From: an uncultured Candidatus Sumerlaeota bacterium
Lineage (GTDB): Bacteria > Bacillota > SLNR01
Assembly (NCBI GenBank): GCA_964503545.1
Contig: CAZDAI010000001.1
Span: forward strand, 1 to 55,307
Length of the DNA stretch: 55,307 nt
Reading direction: 5' to 3'
A program made the position numbers and the translations under genes. Under the pieces are notes generated by a model. The model searched no databases. It saw only the letters and a program-made list of their open reading frames with translations, and was not told the DNA's origin. Positions 46,422-54,616 of this stretch are shown here, in pieces (position 1 is the first letter of the stretch; the number at the start of each line of letters is the position of its first letter).

Positions 46422-47052
46422 AGATATGACTCTGACTGAATTTATTGAAACCGTAGCTTCCGATGCTCCTACTCCTGGTGGTGGCACAATGTCTGCCTGG
46501 TGTGGCGTTCAATCGGTTGCTTTAATTCAGATGGTCTATGCACTTACAATTGACAAGAAGTGTTTTGCTGAAGTGCTGACTGAAAAGAAGCTGGAATTCA
46601 AACACAGATCCTTTGAACTCTCTGAATTATTAGCCCAGTTCTACCGATTCATGGATGAAGATAGTGCGGCCTTTGCCTGTGTCATGAATGCCTTCAAGAT
46701 GCCGAAAACTTGCGAAGAAGAAAAATTTCAACGTAGCTGTGCTATCCAAACCGCTTATATGCAATCCGCGGAGGTCCCCCTCAGTGTGGCAAAATTGGCT
46801 GTCACACTTTATCCCTATATTCGCCTAGCTGCAGAATACGGAAATACCAACGCGATATCGGATGCTGGAGTCAGCGCCTTGTTGGCGCACTGTGCTGTTG
46901 AAGGTGCTGCAATGAATGTTCGGATCAACACCATGTCTATGAAAGACAAAGAAAAAGCCCAGAGGCTCAATGAGGATGCATCCGAACTCCTTAATGCCTC
47001 GCGGGCTCAAAAAGATGGAATCGTGTCACTGGTGCACACAAAAATTTCATGA
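46405..47052 (+). CDS. formimidoyltetrahydrofolate cyclodeaminase
   Basis: ..SDAPTPGGGTMSAW.. is typical of the FTCD C-terminal (cyclodeaminase) domain. SD AGGAGGTG lies 7 nt upstream of the ATG at 46405. Overlaps the hutI end. Confidence 0.85.
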   Translation: MSLEFKDMTLTEFIETVASDAPTPGGGTMSAWCGVQSVALIQMVYALTIDKKCFAEVLTEKKLEFKHRSFELSELLAQFYRFMDEDSAAFACVMNAFKMPKTCEEEKFQRSCAIQTAYMQSAEVPLSVAKLAVTLYPYIRLAAEYGNTNAISDAGVSALLAHCAVEGAAMNVRINTMSMKDKEKAQRLNEDASELLNASRAQKDGIVSLVHTKIS

Positions 47053-47084
47053 TATATCATACAAACTTCTCTGACACTACAAAT

Positions 47085-47120
47085 AACTCTCCTTCTGGCC
47101 AATGGCAGGGGAGAGTTTTT
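47085..47120. terminator. bidirectional terminator between the hut operon and the HD/GIY-YIG cassette
   Basis: AACTCTCC..(16-nt loop)..GGGAGAGTT followed by TTTT. The reverse complement is followed by TTATTT. Confidence 0.6.
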
Positions 47121-47130
47121 CGTATCCTCG

Positions 47131-48318
47131 TTAAAACAAACTGTAAAGGGCTCCGAAATTAATGCCGCCAACCACCAGTGTCTTGTTATCCTTTTGCAAA
47201 GCCTCAAACGCATTTACTATATGGCTTGATCGGATTCCATGCTGGAGCGACATTGCCGCTTCCAGATACGCTGCCAGCTGATCGCAGGCCCGAAGAATCT
47301 CGCCGTCGAGAGGATCATAGCTTCCGTCATTGTATTGGCGTGTGATCTGATCACTCGTAACCTTCATAATGTGGCCGTCAATAATAATTTTTGATTCAAA
47401 TTCATCTTCTGTGAAGTAACGTATCTTGGCATGCAGTTCTGCAGGTATGAGAGGCAGAATCTGCTCCTCAACCTGCCTGCTCTCAATATCCTTGATCAAT
47501 ATGTCTAATCCTTTGACTGCACGTTTTACGGGAGATACAATATCTCGCGTCAGAACTTCCGGTAGATCATGGAATAGCCCGCCGAAGAAGTTGTTCTCTG
47601 ATCGCCCAGAACATGCATTTATTTCAAGTGAGCAAAAATATGCCATCAGCGCAACAATTAACATGTGCCCCATAACAGATGTCTCAGGAATGCGCGGAGA
47701 TTGAGCCCACCGTTGTTGAAAACGCAATTGACCAACGAGATCAAGAAAGCTGCTAGTCTTTTTACTCAGACTAAGTTTTTGCACCCCTGAAATGTTGTAA
47801 TGTTCTTCAATCTCGCTTTCGATTTTCAGTTTCGTTTCATCCAGACCATACAGCCCAGCACTCATGTGATAAATGAATTTAAACTCCCAGTTGGTCGCCA
47901 GATAATGAGCGGCCTTGAGGATTCTCTTCTCAAGCCGATTTGCTTCAGGTTCCAACATATAAGCTGCAAATCTGTCTCTAAATCCTTCTGGGAGGGCAAC
48001 TTCTCTTTCCTCCAATTCCAATAGCACCCACTGATTGAGTTCTTCACGCTTTTTCTCCATCAGTTTGTAAAATATTGGCGGTTTAATATCAGTTACGATA
48101 ATCCTGTGCAGGAATTCGAATATTCCTCCTTCAATCAGATAGGACCAGTCCAATGAAACATCATTGGCGAGTTCCTCCAGTTTACCCAAAATATAAGCAA
48201 AATACATTTTATGTCCTTGCTTATCGAGTTCAGTAAATCCCTTATGTGGCCGGATATGATCATTCCACCTTTGGATACTGGCAGCTTCATACACTAATTC
48301 CAATAATGCTTTGTTCAT
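47131..48318 (-). CDS. tandem YfbR-type HD-domain phosphohydrolase (N-terminal copy degenerate, C-terminal copy intact)
   Basis: The C-terminal half has QQRW..ETSVMGHML..GGLFHDLPEVLTRDIVSPVK..ACDQLAAYLE, a YfbR/5'-deoxynucleotidase pattern. The N-terminal half repeats that pattern as IQRW..KQGHKMY..FEFLHRIIVTDIKPPI..AAHYLA. Confidence 0.8.
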   Translation of the reverse strand: MNKALLELVYEAASIQRWNDHIRPHKGFTELDKQGHKMYFAYILGKLEELANDVSLDWSYLIEGGIFEFLHRIIVTDIKPPIFYKLMEKKREELNQWVLLELEEREVALPEGFRDRFAAYMLEPEANRLEKRILKAAHYLATNWEFKFIYHMSAGLYGLDETKLKIESEIEEHYNISGVQKLSLSKKTSSFLDLVGQLRFQQRWAQSPRIPETSVMGHMLIVALMAYFCSLEINACSGRSENNFFGGLFHDLPEVLTRDIVSPVKRAVKGLDILIKDIESRQVEEQILPLIPAELHAKIRYFTEDEFESKIIIDGHIMKVTSDQITRQYNDGSYDPLDGEILRACDQLAAYLEAAMSLQHGIRSSHIVNAFEALQKDNKTLVVGGINFGALYSLF

Positions 48319-49505
48319 TTATCTACCCTCCGGAATACTACTGAATTCCCCAGATCAACTCCCTTAATGCGCCATCCGGCTGCAAGCCAAGCGACCGCCT
48401 GGGTTCGATTACCGTTGGACCACCACGCCAGGTACTTGTATGCAGAAGGTGGTAGTTTACGCTGAATAATGTCCTCAATTTCTTCATATTTTAAGGTGAT
48501 TTCGTCACTATCGACATTTCTCAAATGTTCAGTCAGATCCTTATACCGTCTGCCCGGAACAAGCCCTCTTAGCGCCCATTCACCAGTTATGAATCCAGTT
48601 AGCCCGCCAACATCTAAGGGGAATCTTTGTCTCGGGGCTCTTTTCCCATGGATGTTCCATTTTGGTTTCAGTGTGCGAACGAGATCCATCTGCAAAGCAT
48701 CTTTTTCGCGTGTTTCTAGAAAATATAGTTTTAGACTCTTCCCCTCTTTTACTTCACTCATAACCAGGTGGTTCATCCTGCACTGTTCAGGATGTCCACC
48801 GCTGTAGCAGTCTCTTGGTTGGATATGGCCATATTGAAAATGAAATTTATCATACAAATCATCAGTAGCGCCAACATACAGAACTTCGTTTTCACCAACT
48901 ACAGCATAAATACCGTTCGCTCCACTCACAGTTATCGGAATCGTAAACACACAGAATGGTCCTTTCCCATACTTATGCAATGGTGCAGTACCTCGATACT
49001 CCTGATCAGGATAGAATTCCCTAATCTGACCGGTTACATAATCACGCAGCGGTTCGATATTGCAGATGAAGCGGAAAGATCGTTCTCCCAAAGAGACCTC
49101 GTTTTCTGTACGACTCAAGGAGAGCTCTTTCGGATCATATACCACAAGTCGGATACTGGGGTTATTCTCCATGAATTTGCTGATTGTATGATCTTCCTTC
49201 GTGCTGAGAATGACGATGAGTGTTGCCTTCGCTCCATGATTCTTTTCAAGAAGTACTGCACCGATGGTAGCCATACCAATGAGGGATACCGATGGGCTGC
49301 CTTCCACTGCGTAAATAATTATTGCCTCACGACCGAGAACCTCTTTGTCGCGACTATCCCTTTTTAGTCCGTCTGGCAGCAGAATGATGGCATCTGCAGT
49401 AATCGCCTCACCATTCTCTGTGGTGGCAATAAAGAAATCTTCAATTAGTGTACCGCCAGATTCTTTCCAATAGGCCTGGATCATTTTTTTTTCAGTTTTG
49501 TTCAT
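48315..49505 (-). CDS. multidomain GIY-YIG nuclease-like protein
   Basis: 396 aa with a central GIYAVVGENEVLYVGAT ... LYFLETREKDALQMDLVRTLKPKWN. SD GGAGGG lies 9 nt upstream. ATGA overlap with the downstream HD gene. Confidence 0.7.
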   Translation of the reverse strand: MNKTEKKMIQAYWKESGGTLIEDFFIATTENGEAITADAIILLPDGLKRDSRDKEVLGREAIIIYAVEGSPSVSLIGMATIGAVLLEKNHGAKATLIVILSTKEDHTISKFMENNPSIRLVVYDPKELSLSRTENEVSLGERSFRFICNIEPLRDYVTGQIREFYPDQEYRGTAPLHKYGKGPFCVFTIPITVSGANGIYAVVGENEVLYVGATDDLYDKFHFQYGHIQPRDCYSGGHPEQCRMNHLVMSEVKEGKSLKLYFLETREKDALQMDLVRTLKPKWNIHGKRAPRQRFPLDVGGLTGFITGEWALRGLVPGRRYKDLTEHLRNVDSDEITLKYEEIEDIIQRKLPPSAYKYLAWWSNGNRTQAVAWLAAGWRIKGVDLGNSVVFRRVDK

Positions 49506-49833
49506 CGTAATGGTCCCTCCAGAATATTAATCCACATCGGCCCCGGGGCATATCTTTGCTATTATTCAACAGGATTCAAATATTTACCTGTCTAACTATT
49601 TCAACTACTGACATATTGAAAAAATATTTACCGATGTGATAATAATTAGCTTGCCATGGAGTTATGGTCATATCGTAATCCAATTCCAAATCCGTCCTGA
49701 AGTCTGCTATAATAGTGACAGTGCAGTAATGGTAATTTCCTTACTATCGAGTATTTGGCCCCGATTCAGATACAAATACTGTGGCCATGATGGATAATCA
49801 CTGACATAATTGGATAATCAAGGGGGTATTCTT

Positions 49834-51414
49834 TTGGCTGATACGATCATAAAAAACGGCTATATATTCGATGGCTCTGGAAACTCATGGTTTTATGGGG
49901 ATGTGTCGATTACAGACGGAATAATAAGCAAAGTGGGCAATGTATCGGAATCCGCTCGCAATATTATTGACGCAAAGGAGCTGGCTGTAGCGCCAGGATT
50001 TATTGATATGCATACCCATTCAGACACCACCCTGCCTGTTAATCCCTTCGCTGAAAGTAAGATTCGTCAAGGAGTGACCACTGAAGTAACCGGAAATTGC
50101 GGAAATTCTTCAGCGCCGATTGCGAACGATGCCATTGAGGAAATTCGCTATAAATTTGAAAACTTAGGTTTGAAAATTGAATGGCGCAGTCTAAAAGAAT
50201 ACTTAAATTTCATTGAAAAGCAGGGATGTTCAGTGAACTTTGCTGCTTTAGTTGGGCATGGCACAATCAGAAAATCCATCGTTGGGTATGATAACCGGAC
50301 CGCTTCTGAAAACGAAATTGAAAAGATGAAACAATTTCTGGCGGAGGCAATGGCGGATGGAGCCTTTGGCATGAGCACTGGCCTGATTTATCCTCCGGGC
50401 TGTTACACAGACACAGATGAGCTGGTAAAACTTACGCAAACAGTAAGCGACCATCATGGTATTTACGTGAGTCACATCCGTGATGAGGGGGCAAAAGTTC
50501 TGGAGGCCGGCGAAGAAGCAATCCATATTGGCAGACAAACCAAGGCCCCCATCCACTGGTCCCATGTAAAAGCAGCTGGAAGTCAGGTCTGGGGGAAATC
50601 AAAAGAGATTTTGGCCTTAATTGAACAGGCCCGATCAGAAGGCATTGATGTATCAGGAGACGTGTATCCTTATGAAGCAACAAGCACCGGTCTCTCAATG
50701 TTTCTGCCTAAGTGGGTGCATGAAGGTGGCCGTACAAAACTCATAGAACGGTTGAAGGATCCAGCAATCAGAGCGCGACTCGCAGAAGAAATTACCGCCC
50801 GAAGAAAAACCAGGGGCAATTGGGACAAAATCATTATTGCATCTGTCTCAAAAGATCATAACAGGCTATTTGAAGGCATGAGTGTCGATGCCATCTCCGC
50901 AAAATTAACGAAAGATCCTGTGGATGTGGTTATCGATTTACTGGCAGATGATGATGGAGAAGTCGGCATGGTGAGTTTTGCTATGTCTGATGAGGATATC
51001 CAAGCATTTCTAAAACATCCCCAGATCATGGTGGGCAGTGATGGTAACTCTCTCTCCCCTCATGGTGTCTTGGGCAATGGCAAACCTCATCCCCGCCACT
51101 ACGGAACTTTTCCAAGAATTCTCGGACATTATGTCAGAGAAAAACAGGTTCTGCCTCTTGAACTTGCCATTAAAAAAATGACATCTTTACCAGCCTGGCG
51201 ATTAGGTCTCCACGATCGCGGTTTTCTAGCTCCAGGAATGAAAGCTGATATCGTCATCTTTGATCCAGATAAAGTTGCTGATCAGGCAACTTATGCGGAT
51301 CCTCACCAGTATCCAACTGGGATCCCATATGTAATGGTAAATGGAGTAATGACGATCCATGAAGGCAGCCACACTTTAGAAAAGGCCGGACAAATCCTGC
51401 GCAGAAATGCATAG
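49834..51414 (+). CDS. N-acyl-D-amino-acid deacylase (D-aminoacylase) family amidohydrolase
   Basis: ..GFIDMHTHSD.. and ..SHIRDEG.. motifs. The TTG start at 49834 is preceded by AAGGGGG at 7 nt. The ORF track begins at 49810. Confidence 0.88.
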   Translation: MADTIIKNGYIFDGSGNSWFYGDVSITDGIISKVGNVSESARNIIDAKELAVAPGFIDMHTHSDTTLPVNPFAESKIRQGVTTEVTGNCGNSSAPIANDAIEEIRYKFENLGLKIEWRSLKEYLNFIEKQGCSVNFAALVGHGTIRKSIVGYDNRTASENEIEKMKQFLAEAMADGAFGMSTGLIYPPGCYTDTDELVKLTQTVSDHHGIYVSHIRDEGAKVLEAGEEAIHIGRQTKAPIHWSHVKAAGSQVWGKSKEILALIEQARSEGIDVSGDVYPYEATSTGLSMFLPKWVHEGGRTKLIERLKDPAIRARLAEEITARRKTRGNWDKIIIASVSKDHNRLFEGMSVDAISAKLTKDPVDVVIDLLADDDGEVGMVSFAMSDEDIQAFLKHPQIMVGSDGNSLSPHGVLGNGKPHPRHYGTFPRILGHYVREKQVLPLELAIKKMTSLPAWRLGLHDRGFLAPGMKADIVIFDPDKVADQATYADPHQYPTGIPYVMVNGVMTIHEGSHTLEKAGQILRRNA

Positions 51415-51446
51415 GATCAACTCAGCCCTTTATCCCATGAGAGAGG

Positions 51447-51469
51447 AAGCGCCCTGCAGGGCGCTTTCT
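51447..51469. terminator. bidirectional hairpin between convergent genes
   Basis: AAGCGCCC-tgca-GGGCGCTT followed by TC. Confidence 0.5.
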
Positions 51470-51472
51470 AGT

Positions 51473-52249
51473 TTACCAACCTTCCTCACGATCAAGCCAG
51501 GGGTAGGGACGCTTCGGGTCCATTCGCGCTTTATGAAGCTCCTGATTATGGGTTTCAATGATGCCCCGGACTTGCTCTGGATCATACGGCGGTTCTATGG
51601 ATTTCAATGCCTCACTGGTTCCGGAAAAGGGGCATGAGGCAAGGCAGATTCCGCAATCTGTAAATACTCTCTTCCAGACAGAATAGCACAGGTCATCTGA
51701 AATTTTCTTATGATCTTCTTTACTAGCCAAATCCAGAGGGATAGCTTGGGAAGGGCACCGAAGAGCGCAGTTGTTGCAAATATTACAGAAAGAAAGCATA
51801 TCAAATGTATGTGGTTCGTCCGCAATCAAGTCAACATCTGTCGTAACGGCACCCAGCCGGATCCGCGGACCAAAATTGCGTGTCACCAGCACGCCAATCT
51901 TCCCGATTTCTCCTAATCCAGCATCTTCCGCCAGTTTGGGAAGGGGGAGCAGATAGTTGCCATCCATATGGTTTCTGGCTTCATAGCCCAGTTCGCGCAG
52001 ATAATAGCTAAGAGCCATCCCTGTTACCGCAGCCGAAAGATAACCCTTCGTTACTTCGACAGCCTCCGGAGCAAACGGCGCTTCATTAATCATTTCGCGA
52101 TCCATCTCATGGGCAAACACAATTGCATACTTGTGGTATTTATCGATCTTCTGACCGTACATCGAAGCATCTCTGCCTCTGTGAGAATAATAGTAATCGG
52201 GATTGAGTCGGGCAATACCGACGAGCACAGCTCCATAGTATTTGGCCAT
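51473..52249 (-). CDS. RDH/QueG-like 2x[4Fe-4S] protein, C-terminal main segment
   Basis: CNICNNCALRCP and CGICLASCP motifs. Paralogue of 11853..12713. In frame with the upstream 88-aa ORF across a single TGA. Confidence 0.7.
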   Translation of the reverse strand: MAKYYGAVLVGIARLNPDYYYSHRGRDASMYGQKIDKYHKYAIVFAHEMDREMINEAPFAPEAVEVTKGYLSAAVTGMALSYYLRELGYEARNHMDGNYLLPLPKLAEDAGLGEIGKIGVLVTRNFGPRIRLGAVTTDVDLIADEPHTFDMLSFCNICNNCALRCPSQAIPLDLASKEDHKKISDDLCYSVWKRVFTDCGICLASCPFSGTSEALKSIEPPYDPEQVRGIIETHNQELHKARMDPKRPYPWLDREEGW

Positions 52250-52270
52250 CCCTTTTAGAATCTCTGTTAA

Positions 52271-52537
52271 TCAACCGGGATCAACAGCAACTGAAGGTTT
52301 GACAACATCTCCTTCAGCGAATTTTTTAATATCGGCTAAGAAGCGAAAAACAGCATCACCAATGGGTGTTATATAGGGTTCATAGGATGGATTACCCTCA
52401 ATTATTGGTGGCTCACGCAGTTTTTTATCGCTTTCTTCTTTATGCGGATTACGACTGTAATAATCTTTATACGCATCGGAGCCTTCCTGATAGTTAAGTC
52501 TTGAAAACATGATATCGCGCTCATCCACTCGTTTCAT
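52271..52537 (-). CDS. N-terminal segment (88 aa) of the RDH-like protein, or a separate small protein
   Basis: MKRVDERDIMFSRLNY... Ends at a TGA (52271..52273) that is in frame with the ATG at 52249, with 7 sense codons between them. The start abuts the ankyrin gene stop (TGAATG). Confidence 0.55.
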   Translation of the reverse strand: MKRVDERDIMFSRLNYQEGSDAYKDYYSRNPHKEESDKKLREPPIIEGNPSYEPYITPIGDAVFRFLADIKKFAEGDVVKPSVAVDPG

Positions 52538-53650
52538 TCAATCACCCCATTTTGTCAGATCATATTTATATTTTATTCTACCCACCAGCTGATTCAATGC
52601 GATTGCTGCAGTTTTTCGCAGTATAGGGATCCGTACAACAATTTCGGCCACTTTTGGCCCATGTGCATTATACAGCCCGATAAATGCTCTACCCCGTGGA
52701 TCATTAGCCAGTATGTGATCTCGGTACCATCTTAAAATCATGACGGGACTGGTGTCCTCATTTCCATAAACTGCTGTTGCGACAAAACACATCCCGGGTC
52801 TTCGATCAGCGGCTCCAGACTCGGCCAGTACTTTCGCTACAGCAGCATGCCTTGGACTGATACTTGCTTTTGAACGAGCGTAGCCTAATGGTGAAAAACC
52901 ACTATCGGCAATGTGATTTCTATCTGCCCCATGCCCGATCAACAATTTTACTACATTTGGATTTCCTCCTAGATAAGCAATCCTGCTTAACGGCGTCCAT
53001 CCTTTTAGCTGCTGAATATTTGGATTTGCTCGGGCAGAGAGCAGAGTGAGTGCAATCTCCTCCTGTCGATGCTCAATGGTTTTAAGATATTCAGGGTCAT
53101 CAGCAAACATTGCTTCTTCATGCAGCTCTTCTTCCAAATAGTCATAGGGCTCTCCGCAATAGTGGAGAGGCGTCATTCCATCTTCGCCAACAGCATTCAC
53201 ATTTGCACCATGCATAATCAAACTATTCACAACGGGCAGGCAGATATACCGAACAGCTGAGTGCAGGGGACAATTTCCCACACTATCGCAAATATTGACA
53301 TCGGCACCTTGTTCGATCAGTAGCAATGCGGTATTTACGAAAACCTCCTGGTTATCCAAACCAATGTGATCCACAGCATATTTCAGGCATGTTTTGCCGT
53401 CAAAATCAATCCGGTTAATATCGTATCCGCCCTCAAGCAACGTATTGATCTCGTCATGCCAACCATGACGTACTGCAATACGCAGTGCGGAAATGAACTT
53501 TCCATCAGCAATTTCGAAATCTTTTCCTGAAAGAACTTCAGTTCGAACATCGAAGTTCTTCCCGCATGCATCACATTCAGCCCCATCCATCTCTGCCAGG
53601 AGGAGCGTTCCCGAATCGCAGTACGGACATTTTAGATAGAAATCATCCAT
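52538..53650 (-). CDS. Zn-ribbon / ankyrin-repeat protein with a C-terminal Cys-motif module
   Basis: N-terminal CPYC..CDAC, several ANK repeats (..G.TPLHYC.., ..GNCPLHSAV.., ..GWTPLSRIA..GADRN) and a C-terminal MCFVATAVYG...LRWYRD. Confidence 0.8.
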   Translation of the reverse strand: MDDFYLKCPYCDSGTLLLAEMDGAECDACGKNFDVRTEVLSGKDFEIADGKFISALRIAVRHGWHDEINTLLEGGYDINRIDFDGKTCLKYAVDHIGLDNQEVFVNTALLLIEQGADVNICDSVGNCPLHSAVRYICLPVVNSLIMHGANVNAVGEDGMTPLHYCGEPYDYLEEELHEEAMFADDPEYLKTIEHRQEEIALTLLSARANPNIQQLKGWTPLSRIAYLGGNPNVVKLLIGHGADRNHIADSGFSPLGYARSKASISPRHAAVAKVLAESGAADRRPGMCFVATAVYGNEDTSPVMILRWYRDHILANDPRGRAFIGLYNAHGPKVAEIVVRIPILRKTAAIALNQLVGRIKYKYDLTKWGD

Positions 53651-53772
53651 CCTAGCTCACCCCTTGTCAGCAAATATTGTTCTACGCTTTCTCACAGTCT
53701 TTACCGGTCTAGAAGGTTTTCATAGAATTCTGCTGAATTATATCTTCATTTGAAACATGGAGGGCATCGGCA

Positions 53773-54009
53773 ATGAATAAAAAGTTTCTTGCACCTGTGA
53801 TAATCGTTGGAATCATCTTAACATGGATTGTTTATCAGGCTTTCAATCTAATCACAATATTTCGTGTCTATGGCGAACAGATCCCCGCCATTCATAAGTA
53901 TGTTCTGATCGCAGTCATTTTCTGTTTTTCAATTGCTCTCGTGTATGTTTTATTCCAAAGAATTGATGAGTTAAAAAAGGAAGATAAGAATGATCTCGAA
54001 AAATACTAG
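53773..54009 (+). CDS. small two-TM membrane protein
   Basis: 78 aa with two hydrophobic helices and a charged tail. Confidence 0.5.
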   Translation: MNKKFLAPVIIVGIILTWIVYQAFNLITIFRVYGEQIPAIHKYVLIAVIFCFSIALVYVLFQRIDELKKEDKNDLEKY

Positions 54010-54051
54010 TCCTTCGGCTTATCCTAAAACCACTACGGAAGCTCACACTGC

Positions 54052-54441
54052 TTAGGCCTTTGATTTCTTTTTCCTGAAGAATTTCATGCCGGCTTGTGCG
54101 AGCAGGCCCAGACCTAATCCAATTGCTGCCCAGAAAAAAAGAGAGAATAGGCCAATCAGATCACCCCAACCTGCCATATCGCGAGAAAAGATACGGTACA
54201 TCTCAATAAAACCAAGTCCCAATCCAATGATGAACAACCCTGCAGCAATTCTGGCTTCAAAGAATACTAGCAATGAGGTAATGCTGCCGGCTGTTAACGA
54301 GAATACAAGGAAAGCTATATAATTTCGTGATTCAAGAGGTGTCCCGAGAATTACCCGGACTGCAAATGCCAGTAGGATAAATGTAATAACTGTAACTAGC
54401 AGACCAAATCGAAGGAACTGTTTACGATGAACCATTGCCAC
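54052..54441 (-). CDS. four-TM membrane protein
   Basis: 129 aa, hydrophobic, with a basic C-terminus (FFRKKKSKA). Confidence 0.6.
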   Translation of the reverse strand: MAMVHRKQFLRFGLLVTVITFILLAFAVRVILGTPLESRNYIAFLVFSLTAGSITSLLVFFEARIAAGLFIIGLGLGFIEMYRIFSRDMAGWGDLIGLFSLFFWAAIGLGLGLLAQAGMKFFRKKKSKA

Positions 54442-54533
54442 TCCTCCTGATGTATGTCTAATGTATGTCTTATTACTATCTTATCAAATATTCTATACAG
54501 ATTCATCCGTTATCTGCTTCATCATTATATAGC

Positions 54534-54563
54534 AAAAAACCTCCTGGGGGTAGGAGGTTTTTT
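54534..54563. terminator. bidirectional rho-independent terminator
   Basis: AAAAAACCTCCT-gggggt-AGGAGGTTTTTT. Confidence 0.7.
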
Positions 54564-54616
54564 ACTATGGGTCTGGCTCTACTTTCTCGGAAATTCCCGA
54601 TCAAGCAGCTAATTAG

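Noticed and set aside
52271-52273. Selenocysteine decoding of the in-frame TGA in the RDH-like gene
   Set aside because: It is not fully excluded but judged unlikely. No SECIS-like hairpin lies within about 40 nt downstream, the local context (DPG-x-LTE) is not a redox or Cys-type site, and the paralogue starts after this point. A pseudogene or two separate genes are more parsimonious.
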